Notes under the pieces: generated by a model
Told to the model about the DNA's origin: nothing
The model's input: only the letters and a program-made list of their open reading frames with translations
Database searches by the model: none
Shown here: positions 1 to 10,551 of the stretch, piece after piece
Position numbering within the stretch: position 1 is the first letter of the stretch
How the letters are laid out: every line of letters starts with the position of its first letter
Assembly: GCA_913050005.1 (NCBI GenBank)
Contig: CAJXBI010000003.1
Location: 7,719-71,718 of the forward strand
Source of the DNA: an uncultured Bacteroidota bacterium
GTDB taxonomy: Bacteria; Bacteroidota; Bacteroidia; NS11-12g; UBA9320
Length of the DNA: 64,000 nt
Direction: 5' to 3'
Position numbers and translations under genes: made by a program

Positions 1-35
1 ATTGTAGGTGTTTAGGCAAACTTAAAGTAAACTCA

Positions 36-65
36 TAAAAAAACCGCCCATATTTTGAGCGGTTT
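36..65 (-). terminator. Rho-independent terminator hairpin followed by a U-run for the gene ending at 87
   Basis: On the + strand, aaaccgcc at 41-48 pairs with ggcggttt at 57-65 (8-bp stem, 8-nt loop). The A-run at 36-43 lies 5' of the hairpin and becomes a U-run on the minus-strand transcript. It sits about 20 nt downstream of the stop of the 87..836 gene. Confidence 0.5.
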
Positions 66-86
66 GGGATCATATTTTTATTAATA

Positions 87-836
87 TTAATGCGAAATAG
101 TTACTTTGGAAGTACTCACCTTCATACCATTAGTTACTTTAAGGATATAAACCCCCTTATTCAAATCTGATACATCAAAAGTGTACTGGTTTGTAATACT
201 AAATTGATTTGTGTTAGGAACTGCTACAACTTTACCTGTTAAATCAAATAATTCTATTGCCAAAGCATTACACTCAGCAAATAATAATTTTACGTTTAAT
301 TGATCATTTGCAGGGTTCGGAAATACAGCAATATTATTAGAATTATAAACAATGTCTTCTACAGAAACATTCCATCTTTGTGGATTCCACCACGTAATAT
401 CTACGAAAGCAGCATTATTACTTGAATCAGAGTCCATGTATGGGGAAGTTCTGTCGATTATATATGAAAGGGCCCCTAATCTAATATCTCTGGATTCATA
501 TGGATAACTGTTTAAACTTAAATTTTCTGTAACATCATAAGTACCTCCAGATGGGATATCTTCAGTAATAACTTTAAGATATAAGCCGTTTGGGATTCTT
601 GCTATAACTCCATTAGTCTTTAAATCTATAAGAATTAATTGGTAGCCTATTGTATCTCCCGTAAATATTGTAGATGAACCTCGATTTTCACATTCTAAAT
701 TAACTTTAATTGGTGTACCTGTGGAAGTATTAGATTCAAGTTCAGTTGGTTCTTTAATAGACTTGATTGCCCAATCTATTTGAGCAATGGTAAGAGTTGA
801 AATTGTAATAAATAATAGGGTAAAAATTTTCTTCAT
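87..836 (-). CDS. Secreted hypothetical protein with T9SS (Por) type A C-terminal sorting domain
   Basis: N-terminal signal peptide (MKKIFTLLFITISTLTIAQ). The C-terminus KGVYILKVTNGMKVSTSKVTISH matches the Por secretion-tail pattern (GvY.l.v....k). Confidence 0.6.
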   Translation of the reverse strand: MKKIFTLLFITISTLTIAQIDWAIKSIKEPTELESNTSTGTPIKVNLECENRGSSTIFTGDTIGYQLILIDLKTNGVIARIPNGLYLKVITEDIPSGGTYDVTENLSLNSYPYESRDIRLGALSYIIDRTSPYMDSDSSNNAAFVDITWWNPQRWNVSVEDIVYNSNNIAVFPNPANDQLNVKLLFAECNALAIELFDLTGKVVAVPNTNQFSITNQYTFDVSDLNKGVYILKVTNGMKVSTSKVTISH

Positions 837-875
837 GGACTTAATTTTTTAACAAATTTAAAGGATATTTTGTTC

Positions 876-3758
876 TTAATCTAATAAAAATTGAAGGTCT
901 TCCATATTCAGATTGGCCAGCATATTACTATCGGGATGGATAATATCCTTAGATATTTTATTCTTCTGATTTTGTAATCTTGTTATTTTCTCTTCGATAG
1001 TTCCCCTGGATATAAACTTATAACTAAAAACAGGTTTAGTTTGTCCTATTCTGTGACTTCTATCTCTAGCCTGAGCTTCAGCTGCTGGATTCCACCACGG
1101 ATCAGCAATAAATACGTAATCTGCAGCGGTTAAATTAAGTCCAACACCACCAGCTTTTAAAGAGATTAAAAAGACAGAAGGTATTGTGGTTTCTTGAAAT
1201 TCTTGGACATATTGATGCCTCTTTAACTTGGTTGTTACTCCTGTAAGTTTGTAATAAGGAATGGATATTTTTTTGAGGTCTATTTCAAGTAATTTTAGGT
1301 AGGTAACAAATTGAGAAAATACTAGTATTTTGTGTCCATCAGATATTCCTGTGCTGATTTTTTCAAGTAATAGTTCATGCTTTCCACTATTATGAGCATA
1401 ATCAATATCTATCAGTAATGGGTGGTTAGAAATTTGTCTTAATTTAGAAAGTCCTTGTAAAACAGAAAGTTTGGAGGTCTTGAATTTTTTTTGCTCTTCA
1501 ATATTTAATAGATTGTTACGATATTCAGATTTCACTTTTTCATAATATTTATCTTGTTCGTCAGACATATCGCAGTAAATTATTTTTTCAAGAATATTGG
1601 GTAAATCTTTTGCAACTTCCTCTTTTGTTCTTCGCAGGATAAATGGTTTGATGATCTGTTTTAATTCTTCAGTTTTAGTATTATCGTCCTCTTTCTCAAT
1701 GGGTGTAGCATATTTTTCATTGAACTGATTTAATGAGCCTAGCAATCCTTTATTTAAAAAATTCATTTGACTCCATAAATCCCTAATTGTATTCTCGATG
1801 GGGGTTCCTGTTAGAGCGATTCTACAGTTTGCTTGTAGTTTATTGATGTATTGGGTAGTTTTTGCAGAGTAGTTTTTAATATTTTGACTTTCATCCAATA
1901 AGATGATTTCAAATTGAGCTTGTTTGAATAATTCAGTATCGTTTCTGATCAAACCGTAACTGGTGATGATTAAATCTATATTTTCAAATTGGTTAAATTC
2001 GGTATTTCGTTTATTACCTGAGTGAATTCTGACCCGAAGCTCTGGTGTAAATTTAGAGCATTCATTTTCCCAATTAAAGAGGAGTGATGTAGGGGCAACT
2101 ATTAAAAAAGGGGGATTTGTATTTTGTTTTGGGAGTGTATGAAATACTTTTTGAATGAATGCAAGTGCTTGTATAGTTTTTCCTAAGCCCATATCATCTG
2201 CTAAAATTCCACCAAAACGGTTATTCATCAGAAACATTAACCAACTTAAACCATCTTTTTGATATGGTCTAAGATTTCCTTTAAACCTGGAGTGTGGTTC
2301 CTCGTCTTTAAAATCAACCAGTTTGTTTAAGTGCTTTTTAATTTTTTGGGATTGGATATGATTTAAGATATTAAGCTCATATTTTTGGATTGCGTATCGA
2401 TTGTCCTTTTGTTTTGAATGGAACAGAGATTCTCCTAAAGCAAACCATTCTTCTGGAAACAGAAAAATTTCACCATTTGGAAGTTCCATCTGAGCCTGAC
2501 CTTTTTTCATTTCAGAAATGATTTTATTAAATGGAATTTTAAATTCACCGACAGTGACTACCATCTTTAAATCAAACCAATCAATTTTATCTTGAATATC
2601 GTATTCTATTGTTGGCTTATCAAGATTAAGTGAATAATCTAACTCACAGGATATGTCAAAGTTATTTTGAGTTAATAATTCATGATGTTTCTGCAACCAA
2701 GCTAAGCACTGCTGAATTGATTCGAAATTACCCTTAAAAAAAGATCCATCTTGATGGGTTAGTCCGTTCTCAACCAAAAAATTTGATTTATTTGATTCCC
2801 ATATTACAGAGCGTTTATATTTTGTAAATACCGGTTCATTATTTTCCCAATTTATCTTTACATGAAAAAATTTATTGGGGTGGTATTCGAAGGTATCATC
2901 GCCGTAGCAAATATTTAGATTAAACCCGAAAACCCTATTTTTTTGAGTAACTGAAATTTGGGGAATTGCAGGTTCTTTTTTAGTCAATATTGTAAATCCT
3001 TGAGCTAAAACGGGAGAGGTCTCAAGTAATTGGCGTACAAATTTTGTGTAGTAAGATTGTTGATTTTCTAGCTTAACATGAATGTACTTTTTATGCAGGA
3101 AGATGCCGATTTTATTGCCATCTACAAAGTCATAAAATTTATAAATTGTATTATGAACCAATATTCTTGCTGGTTTGGAAGAAAGCATAAGTCCATTTTG
3201 TTTCATAAATAAAATTCTTTCTTCACCATGCTTTAGCGTAACGAAGTAAGAAGTTCCGTTTTCGTTTTTTCTGAAATGAAATAAAACCTTTGTGAAATCT
3301 GGTTTGATTTCTATGTGATGTGCTGCCGGGTTGATTTCATCAGCTAAGTAGATCTGATTATTGGTAGAATCAATTTTTGTGAAAAAATTAGAGATAGTTT
3401 GGTCAATATGTGGTCTAATTTCTTCTTTAAAAAAAGCTTTATCAAAATACTTATAGAAGTATTCTTTTGGACGAATTTTTTGTTTGGGTGAAAATTTCCG
3501 GATGATATTCTCAACCATTAATGGATCTAGTATTTTAATTTGCTTGAGTTCATTGTTGGATAATTTATCATAGTATGAAGCATTTCCGGAGAATACTTTT
3601 TGATAAGTTAGAGAAAGGGTATTCTGAGATGTGTAGGCAACTACATACGGGTTAATTAACACACCAAGTTGTGAATGTTGGTGTATGCTAAATACTAATT
3701 TGTACGTCGAGTTGTTTTCTACTTTCAAGTGAGTAATACGGCTTATAAAATCAAGCAA
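876..3758 (-). CDS. SNF2-family DEAD/DEAH helicase with a long N-terminal SNF2-associated extension (about 470 aa)
   Basis: Walker A-like ILADDMGLGKT, DEAH-box LLDESQNIKN, and helicase-C motif LKAGGVGLNLTAADYVFIADPWWNPAAEAQARDRSHRIGQTKPV. The ATPase core occupies residues about 480-940 of 960. Confidence 0.85.
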   Translation of the reverse strand: MLDFISRITHLKVENNSTYKLVFSIHQHSQLGVLINPYVVAYTSQNTLSLTYQKVFSGNASYYDKLSNNELKQIKILDPLMVENIIRKFSPKQKIRPKEYFYKYFDKAFFKEEIRPHIDQTISNFFTKIDSTNNQIYLADEINPAAHHIEIKPDFTKVLFHFRKNENGTSYFVTLKHGEERILFMKQNGLMLSSKPARILVHNTIYKFYDFVDGNKIGIFLHKKYIHVKLENQQSYYTKFVRQLLETSPVLAQGFTILTKKEPAIPQISVTQKNRVFGFNLNICYGDDTFEYHPNKFFHVKINWENNEPVFTKYKRSVIWESNKSNFLVENGLTHQDGSFFKGNFESIQQCLAWLQKHHELLTQNNFDISCELDYSLNLDKPTIEYDIQDKIDWFDLKMVVTVGEFKIPFNKIISEMKKGQAQMELPNGEIFLFPEEWFALGESLFHSKQKDNRYAIQKYELNILNHIQSQKIKKHLNKLVDFKDEEPHSRFKGNLRPYQKDGLSWLMFLMNNRFGGILADDMGLGKTIQALAFIQKVFHTLPKQNTNPPFLIVAPTSLLFNWENECSKFTPELRVRIHSGNKRNTEFNQFENIDLIITSYGLIRNDTELFKQAQFEIILLDESQNIKNYSAKTTQYINKLQANCRIALTGTPIENTIRDLWSQMNFLNKGLLGSLNQFNEKYATPIEKEDDNTKTEELKQIIKPFILRRTKEEVAKDLPNILEKIIYCDMSDEQDKYYEKVKSEYRNNLLNIEEQKKFKTSKLSVLQGLSKLRQISNHPLLIDIDYAHNSGKHELLLEKISTGISDGHKILVFSQFVTYLKLLEIDLKKISIPYYKLTGVTTKLKRHQYVQEFQETTIPSVFLISLKAGGVGLNLTAADYVFIADPWWNPAAEAQARDRSHRIGQTKPVFSYKFISRGTIEEKITRLQNQKNKISKDIIHPDSNMLANLNMEDLQFLLD

Positions 3759-3792
3759 TATACAATTAGATTATCTTCCAATAAAATCTATT

Positions 3793-4350
3793 TTAACCTT
3801 CTAAAAATTTAATTTCTAATAGCTCAATAATTTGGTCAGGTTTTAGCTTTCTCCAATCAATCTCGTTTAATCTACCACCAAACGATAGTTGATGATTGAG
3901 GTGATATCGGTATAATTCGTCCAACACATGAGGAAGTGCGTTGATTAAATAAATTTCTCCTTGAATTTCTTCTTTCCACTCTTGATAATAGTCATTTGCA
4001 TCTGCATGAAAATTGAGTACATTTTCCATGATAATCACAAAATTGTGTATCCCGCACTCAATTAGTTGATCAATTAGCTCTGTTTTAAGTAGCATGATGT
4101 CATTGTTGATAGCGTCATTCCATTCACCAATTAGCTCAATGATGCAGAATTGATCTTCATAATCTGCATAAATTAGTTTGTACAATAAGGTATCACTTCC
4201 AAAATTATCCCATTGAGGATGAAGTAGGTAGTTGTATACCTTGTTTGTATAATGAAATTCTGAATATTGATTTTTATAGTTTAGAGTATTAGGGTCATGC
4301 TCAGATTTGTACAAATCTCGCCATAAAAAAAAAGGTTCAATATTATGCAT
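3793..4350 (-). CDS. Hypothetical acidic cytoplasmic protein (185 aa), likely co-transcribed with the SNF2 helicase
   Basis: ORF with no recognisable motifs. It overlaps the upstream GT2 gene by 8 nt and lies 34 nt upstream of the helicase. Confidence 0.4.
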   Translation of the reverse strand: MHNIEPFFLWRDLYKSEHDPNTLNYKNQYSEFHYTNKVYNYLLHPQWDNFGSDTLLYKLIYADYEDQFCIIELIGEWNDAINNDIMLLKTELIDQLIECGIHNFVIIMENVLNFHADANDYYQEWKEEIQGEIYLINALPHVLDELYRYHLNHQLSFGGRLNEIDWRKLKPDQIIELLEIKFLEG

Positions 4351-5272
4351 GAATATCTATATTGGTATCATCAACCAAGTATAAGGGTCTTCCTTTTACA
4401 TTGTCGTTTATACGGGCAATATATTCGCCTATCATCCCTATGCCAAGAAGCTGAATGCCTCCTAGAAATACAATACTAATCATTAGAGAAGGCCAGCCAG
4501 GCTCATATATTTTTAAAATAAATTTTGCATAAAGCGTATACAAGATGAGAATAAAACCAATAACTGCACATACAAATCCAGATAGTGTTGCTAACCTAAG
4601 TGGCCAATTAGAAAATGAAGTAATAGCGTCAAAAGCTAGACCAATCATTTTTCTGATGGTATAATTAGTTTCTCCAGCATTTCTTCCCTTTCGTTCATAC
4701 TCGACAGGTGTTTGTTTGAAACCTAGCCATGCAATTTGTCCTCTTAAATATCGTTGCTTTTCAGGCATTTGTTTCAGAGCATCAATAACTTTCCGATTGA
4801 TTATTCTGAAGTCGCCAGTATCAACTGGAATATCAATCGATGTGATTTTGTTTAATATCTTATAGAACAAGCTGGCAGTCCATTTTTTCATGACAGACTC
4901 CCTGACTCTTTTGATTCTTTTTGCATAAACAACATCATACCCTTTATACATTTTGTGAATTAAATCTGGGATGACTTCAGGAGGATCCTGCCCGTCTGAG
5001 TCCATTAAAATTACTTGATCTCCTGAGGCATAATCAATTCCCGCTGAAATAGCGATTTGGTGCCCAAAATTTCGACTTAAGCCAATAAATTTCAATTCAG
5101 CATATTTGGTGCAGAGTGATTGAATAAGTTGTAAAGATCTGTCGGTACTCCCGTCATTTACAAGTATTATCTCAAAACTTTGACCAATATTCTTCATTTG
5201 AATATATAGATCATCAATAAAAGATGATAGCCCCTTTTCTTCGTTATATATAGGTAAAACTACCGATATCAT
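4343..5272 (-). CDS. Family 2 glycosyltransferase, polyprenyl-phosphate sugar transferase (GtrB/ArnC/DPM1-like)
   Basis: VVLPIYNEE...ILVNDGSTD...DSDGQDPPE (DxD region) plus two C-terminal TM helices. It aligns along its whole length to E. coli GtrB (YfdH) by eye. Confidence 0.8.
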   Translation of the reverse strand: MISVVLPIYNEEKGLSSFIDDLYIQMKNIGQSFEIILVNDGSTDRSLQLIQSLCTKYAELKFIGLSRNFGHQIAISAGIDYASGDQVILMDSDGQDPPEVIPDLIHKMYKGYDVVYAKRIKRVRESVMKKWTASLFYKILNKITSIDIPVDTGDFRIINRKVIDALKQMPEKQRYLRGQIAWLGFKQTPVEYERKGRNAGETNYTIRKMIGLAFDAITSFSNWPLRLATLSGFVCAVIGFILILYTLYAKFILKIYEPGWPSLMISIVFLGGIQLLGIGMIGEYIARINDNVKGRPLYLVDDTNIDIHA

Positions 5273-5412
5273 TCATGCAAATTAACGTATAATTTAGAAA
5301 TTTGGGTGTAAACTAAATAAGCCAATAATTTTTATGATCGAATGATGGTTTATCGATTCTTTATTTTTGGTTATAAATTCGCAACAATCAAAATTAAAAA
5401 GAATCAAACCAG

Positions 5413-6732
5413 ATGCGAATTCATTTAATAGCCATAGGTGGGGCGGTAATGCATAACCTAGCGATTGCGTTGAAAAGAAAGGGGTATCATGTTACTGGTT
5501 CTGATGATGCTATATATGATCCAGCTAAATCTAATTTGAACGAAAATGATTTACTCCCACAAATTGGGTGGAATGAGGATTTAATCACAGCAGACATCGA
5601 TGTTATTATTCTTGGTATGCATGCTAGAAAGAATAACCCTGAACTTGTAAAAGCCCAAAAATTAGGTTTAAAAATTATGTCGTTTCCTGAATTTGTAGCA
5701 GCTGAAAGTAAAAACAAGAAGCGGGTTGTTATATCAGGAAGTCACGGCAAAACAACTACTACCGCAATAATTATGTACGTATTGTCTCGTTTAAATCTAG
5801 ATTTTGATTATTTGGTTGGGTCTTCAATTAATGGATTTGATTTATCTGTTAAAATTTCAGACGCACCATTAATAATTATTGAAGGAGATGAATACTTGAG
5901 CTCTTCCCTCGACCTAAAATCTAAATTTTTGTGGTATAATCCACACATTTCTATAATCACAGGAATTGCTTATGATCATATTAACGTCTTTCCTACATTT
6001 GAATCGTACTTAGATACGTTTGAAAAATACATGAATAGTCATGTTTCAAATGGGCAGTTTTTGTGGTATAAAAATGATGAACATCTTCAAAAATTAACAC
6101 AAGAGATCACTACCTCAAATAACGCATATGATACTCCAAAATACAGAAATACTTCCATTGGTTCGGAAATATTTCATGATGGCTTATGGTATCCATTAAT
6201 GATTGTTGGTAAACATAATTTAGAGAATTTATATGCAGCTCAGTTGGTATGTGTAGAATTAGGAGTTACTGGGCGTGAATTTTACAAAGCAGTTTCAGAT
6301 TTTACGGGTGCCGGTAGAAGAATGGAGAAGATTTATGATAAAAATGATCAAGTAATTTACAGAGATTTTGCTCACTCACCTAGTAAGCTAAAAGCAACAA
6401 TAAATGCTGTAAAAGAGTCATTCGAGGGTACTTTACTAGCTGTTTTTGAATTACATACATTTAGTAGTTTGACAAAAGTTTTTATACCATTATATGAGAA
6501 TGCTATGGATGCAGCGGACCGTGCAATTGTATTTTACAATGACGCAGTTTTCGAAAATAAAAAAATGGAATATTTAGATTCTTCATTTGTTCAAAATTGT
6601 TTTGGTGATGTAAGTATTATCAATTCAAAAGAAGAATTGGAAAAGCTAGTGAATTCTTCTTTTGAAAATGGCGAAAATATTTTGTTAATGAGTTCGGGTA
6701 CATTTCAAAAAGCCTCTTTTCTATTCGACTAA
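5413..6732 (+). CDS. mpl: UDP-N-acetylmuramate:L-alanyl-gamma-D-glutamyl-meso-diaminopimelate ligase (Mur ligase family, Mpl-like)
   Basis: N-terminus MRIHLIAIGGAVMHNLA...GYHVTGSD parallels E. coli Mpl MRIHILGICGTFMGGLA...GHEVTGSD. Mur ligase P-loop GSHGKTTTTAII. Length 439 aa. Confidence 0.8.
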   Translation: MRIHLIAIGGAVMHNLAIALKRKGYHVTGSDDAIYDPAKSNLNENDLLPQIGWNEDLITADIDVIILGMHARKNNPELVKAQKLGLKIMSFPEFVAAESKNKKRVVISGSHGKTTTTAIIMYVLSRLNLDFDYLVGSSINGFDLSVKISDAPLIIIEGDEYLSSSLDLKSKFLWYNPHISIITGIAYDHINVFPTFESYLDTFEKYMNSHVSNGQFLWYKNDEHLQKLTQEITTSNNAYDTPKYRNTSIGSEIFHDGLWYPLMIVGKHNLENLYAAQLVCVELGVTGREFYKAVSDFTGAGRRMEKIYDKNDQVIYRDFAHSPSKLKATINAVKESFEGTLLAVFELHTFSSLTKVFIPLYENAMDAADRAIVFYNDAVFENKKMEYLDSSFVQNCFGDVSIINSKEELEKLVNSSFENGENILLMSSGTFQKASFLFD

Positions 6733-7730
6733 AGCTTTTTAATTTCAAATGTAATACTGTGGTTGTTAAACGATGAACCAATAATATTTATCGCTCTAAT
6801 CACGTAATATTCGTCATCACTTCGTAAAATTAAATTTTGTTTTGAATTGCTCTTTACATGGCTTGTAATTGTATCTTTCAGATAAAATAATCCGATACTA
6901 TTTTTAGATTTTTCGAATTTTAAATTTCTAGAGTGGACGTAATTGATTTGTTCGAAATTCGTCACTGTATCTACGAATATTTCAACGTGTTCATGATTTA
7001 GTTCAAAACTAGGGAATAACCCCAAAGAGCCAATTGAAGTGGATGAATAGGGTATTTTACTGTGTTTAATGATTGAATCTACTTGGTAACTAGAGTGAAT
7101 GTGCCATTCATTGATATTTGGTTCGATAGTTTTTACCTGCTCATTATTCACTAACGAAAAGTATGAATAAAGTTGAAACTCGTATTTATTAATCGTTTCA
7201 ATTTGAAATGAAGTTTCGTCCAATGGTCCATATTTAAAATGATATGTATTAATATCTGCATCAAGAATTTGAAGCTTATAATAGTAATCTTGTGAATCTT
7301 GGGTCCAATTTAGGATGTACACATCTTTGTATGATTCTGGATTAGGGAAATCAAAATCTCCCCATCTACCAACAGCACTTTTAATATTATTTGATTTTAC
7401 ATCATCATATCCCCAAGTAGTATTTCCATCAATCGAGTTTAAATTAATTAAATCATAACGATTGATTTCAGTATTGAATATTCGAATTGGTTCTGTAGGA
7501 TTTGTGTAAATGCCCCATTCATCAGCTGTATTTTCAAATCTAAGTTGCCAGTTAATTTTTTCTTTGGTGAGTGTGCTCGTAGGAAAACCAAGTTTAATGT
7601 ATGTAGAGGGTTTTTCAGTTGAGTTTAAAGTAATATTAATCGTTTCAGAATCAATTTTTGGCAAATATCCATCTGGAGTGAAGCAACTATTTATTGAAAA
7701 AACAAGAAAAACGTAGACTGCTTTTTTCAT
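6729..7730 (-). CDS. Hypothetical lipoprotein at the distal end of the metal-uptake operon
   Basis: Lipoprotein-type signal (..FSINSCF). No recognisable domain. Its start overlaps the end of the upstream receptor gene by 4 nt. Confidence 0.45.
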   Translation of the reverse strand: MKKAVYVFLVFSINSCFTPDGYLPKIDSETINITLNSTEKPSTYIKLGFPTSTLTKEKINWQLRFENTADEWGIYTNPTEPIRIFNTEINRYDLINLNSIDGNTTWGYDDVKSNNIKSAVGRWGDFDFPNPESYKDVYILNWTQDSQDYYYKLQILDADINTYHFKYGPLDETSFQIETINKYEFQLYSYFSLVNNEQVKTIEPNINEWHIHSSYQVDSIIKHSKIPYSSTSIGSLGLFPSFELNHEHVEIFVDTVTNFEQINYVHSRNLKFEKSKNSIGLFYLKDTITSHVKSNSKQNLILRSDDEYYVIRAINIIGSSFNNHSITFEIKKL

Positions 7731-9664
7731 GGGTTTGTGTATACTACTTTGAAGGTAAACGACCTAGGATAGCCACTTATAACTCGCTCATTATGGACAG
7801 ATTCCCGATTAATTTCTGTTAGTCTGTATATGTCATTACTGATGAATGGTGTTTGAAGAATATTATTTATTCCAAAGGAAATTTTAAGTTTTTCTTTGAT
7901 GAAGCTTCGTTTAATTCTTAGAGATAAAAATCGCATTTTTTGCTGTTCAGCAATGTAAATGATATTATTTGAAATAAAAGAGTTTGTGTGTTTCCCGATA
8001 TATTTTGCATTTAATCCTACGGTGATCTTTGAATTTGGTATTCTAATATGAGTGTTTAGGTTTAATTCAGGATAAAAGAAGGTTAAATTCCCAGTATCTC
8101 TTGTGTTGTTTATAGCATGCATCATTGCACTAGGTTTAACGCTTACTATATCATTGGATAGATCAATACTTGCGTAGGTAGAAAAACTTGACGATTTACC
8201 CACTGAATTGAATGTATTTGATTCGGCTACTCTTGGTATGTCACTTTGTACAATAAATATTAAACCACTCAAAGCGTTAAGATTTTTTTGTTTGAGAATT
8301 ACATTAGCATGAATAGTGTTTTGTTTTATTGGATTTAATGAAACGTTATTTCTAACTCCCTCATTGAAATTTGTTGGGTAAAATAGCTGCCTAAATGGGG
8401 CATAAGATACAGAGGTATTTGATGTAAAATTGAGCTGAATAACCTCTCGAGGTGCAAGCTCAATTTGAAATTGAGGCAAAAGAAAATTACCGGTCAAATT
8501 GTTATGAAACAAACGTAATCCTCCGTGTAAAATTAATGTATTTTTAAGTCTGTAGGATAAAATTCCATAAGCTATATAATCATTGTATACAGTAGATATA
8601 GCGTCAATATATTGATATGTATTATCCCTAGTATTACTCAAATCAATCCCTAAAGAATAATCTAATGGTTTGTTGAATGATTTTAGAGAAAGCCTAATTA
8701 GACCTTGATTATACCCTGTGTTAGGATAGGTATTTGTATGGGTACTTAAATTTTGCTGACCAGTATTTAAATCTTTATCAATAAGTGTGTTATTATTTTT
8801 AAAATGATGTACCATCCCATCCAATGACAGGGTGTGATGTTTTGAGGCTTTCAGTTGAAGCGAGCCACAAATATTATGTTTGTTAAAGTCATTTTCTTGG
8901 TCCGTAACACGTGATGTCCCGGGTATGATTTTACCTTTATTTTGAGTATGTACAATTGCGTTATCACTCCGAATATTTAGTGTAACACTTGGAAGAATTT
9001 TGTATTGGTACTTTATATTTAAGTCGTATCGTTCAAATGCCCCGAGTGATGTTGATCGGAGTCTTTCATCGTCATATAAATCATTTGTAAAACTTCTACT
9101 TATACCAACTTGCCCACTATGCGTTAAATTACTTAGTCCCAGAATGAATGAACCATGAAAATCACTAGAAGAGGTGTTGGTTAGGTTTAATTTGGTCCAA
9201 ATAGGTTGCTCAGGAATTTTTAATGAATACAGATTAATTACGATAGCGTTATTTTTAACTTGACCAACAACTGGTGTTAGATGAATTTCTATTCGATCAA
9301 TGTCCCAGAGCGGTATTGATCTGAAATCGTAGTTAATATTTTGATCTAAAGCTGCAGGGAATCCATCTTTAAATACAGCGATGTTGTCAATACCAAGTGA
9401 TCCATAGCTGATTTGAGGACTTCCATTTTTAATATATTTATGAAACATAGGGAGTATGGATAATGCTTCTTCCAGGTTCTGAAGGTTTGATGTTTCTATA
9501 TCATCCCTGGATAGTATATAGGTACAGCTAGTGCTGTCTTGCGCCATTGTTTGGTTGGCTATACATGTAATTAAACATGCAGATACTATCATGATTGAAC
9601 AATGTTTTCTCAATTTAAAGGGATTTGTTAATAATTGACTAATACAATGATAAATATCCTTCAT
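7727..9664 (-). CDS. TonB-dependent-receptor-like outer membrane protein (plug plus beta-barrel), probable metal uptake receptor
   Basis: Plug-like segment LEEALSILPMF...ISYGSLGIDNIAVFKDGFPA...WDIDRIEIH. About 500 aa of alternating beta-strand-like sequence follows. Signal peptide present. Co-directional with the metal ABC importer and immediately downstream of it. Confidence 0.55.
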   Translation of the reverse strand: MKDIYHCISQLLTNPFKLRKHCSIMIVSACLITCIANQTMAQDSTSCTYILSRDDIETSNLQNLEEALSILPMFHKYIKNGSPQISYGSLGIDNIAVFKDGFPAALDQNINYDFRSIPLWDIDRIEIHLTPVVGQVKNNAIVINLYSLKIPEQPIWTKLNLTNTSSSDFHGSFILGLSNLTHSGQVGISRSFTNDLYDDERLRSTSLGAFERYDLNIKYQYKILPSVTLNIRSDNAIVHTQNKGKIIPGTSRVTDQENDFNKHNICGSLQLKASKHHTLSLDGMVHHFKNNNTLIDKDLNTGQQNLSTHTNTYPNTGYNQGLIRLSLKSFNKPLDYSLGIDLSNTRDNTYQYIDAISTVYNDYIAYGILSYRLKNTLILHGGLRLFHNNLTGNFLLPQFQIELAPREVIQLNFTSNTSVSYAPFRQLFYPTNFNEGVRNNVSLNPIKQNTIHANVILKQKNLNALSGLIFIVQSDIPRVAESNTFNSVGKSSSFSTYASIDLSNDIVSVKPSAMMHAINNTRDTGNLTFFYPELNLNTHIRIPNSKITVGLNAKYIGKHTNSFISNNIIYIAEQQKMRFLSLRIKRSFIKEKLKISFGINNILQTPFISNDIYRLTEINRESVHNERVISGYPRSFTFKVVYTNP

Positions 9665-9690
9665 AAAATAAAGGGAAGAATCACCAGATT

Positions 9691-10551
9691 TTAGTTAGAT
9701 ATTACATCTATTTTACTTTTCTGAAGTGTTGTAGCAGTAAAAACAATAGCGAAAACGCCACCAATTACTACAGAAATCGAACCTGCCACTGAAACATCTA
9801 ATGATTTTGCCAAGTAATATCCAATGATTGAACATAGTATCCCAAAAGCACATGATAGGACGAGCATTTTCCTAAAATTTCCAGTTAGTAAATAGGCGAT
9901 TGCAGGGGGTCCTGATAAAAATGCAATTACAAGGATAGCTCCTACAGACTCAAAAGATACAACTGTGGTAAGTGAGACTCCACTCATCAAAAAGTAATGC
10001 CAAAATCCAACACCAATTCCTATGGATAAAGAATAGTTTTCGTCGAATGTGGTAATAAATAATCCTTTGTAGCCCCAGATAACCGCCAACAAAACAACAA
10101 CAGATACGATAAGTAAAATAATGGTTTGTTTTGGTAAATAAAAATTACCAATAATGGGCTCTAACCACAAGGGTACATATTCTAACTCTCCATATAATAC
10201 ACATTGCTGATCTATATCTGCGTTAGCTCCAAACTTTGATATCAATATAATTCCGATGGCAAATAAAAGTGTGTATGAAATTCCAATTGATGCATCGCTT
10301 TGAAGTTTTGCTTTGTGGGTTAGCCACTCAATAATAATAGTGGCTAAAATTCCGCTAGAAGCGGCACCTGCTAGTATCGGCAAACTAGAGGTTGATCCTG
10401 AAAAAATATAGGCAAAAAATATTCCTGGGAGAACTGCATGTGAAATAGCATCTCCAATCATAACCATTTTTCGCATGACTAAGAAACTCCCCATAATCGC
10501 ACAGTTAATTGCGACAAGACAAGCGGTTAGTATTATATAAAAGTCATTCAT
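9691..10551 (-). CDS. Metal (Zn/Mn-type, ABC-3 family) ABC transporter permease
   Basis: Polytopic membrane protein with GDAISHAVLPGI, typical of ZnuB/MntB/TroCD-family permeases. Its start codon overlaps the stop of the upstream gene. Confidence 0.8.
   Translation of the reverse strand: MNDFYIILTACLVAINCAIMGSFLVMRKMVMIGDAISHAVLPGIFFAYIFSGSTSSLPILAGAASSGILATIIIEWLTHKAKLQSDASIGISYTLLFAIGIILISKFGANADIDQQCVLYGELEYVPLWLEPIIGNFYLPKQTIILLIVSVVVLLAVIWGYKGLFITTFDENYSLSIGIGVGFWHYFLMSGVSLTTVVSFESVGAILVIAFLSGPPAIAYLLTGNFRKMLVLSCAFGILCSIIGYYLAKSLDVSVAGSISVVIGGVFAIVFTATTLQKSKIDVISN

Noticed and set aside
3793-4350. SWIM zinc-finger partner of the SNF2 helicase
   Set aside because: Only an isolated C...CxxH arrangement is present. 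The CxCx(n)CxH SWIM signature is not seen, so no SWIM call was made.
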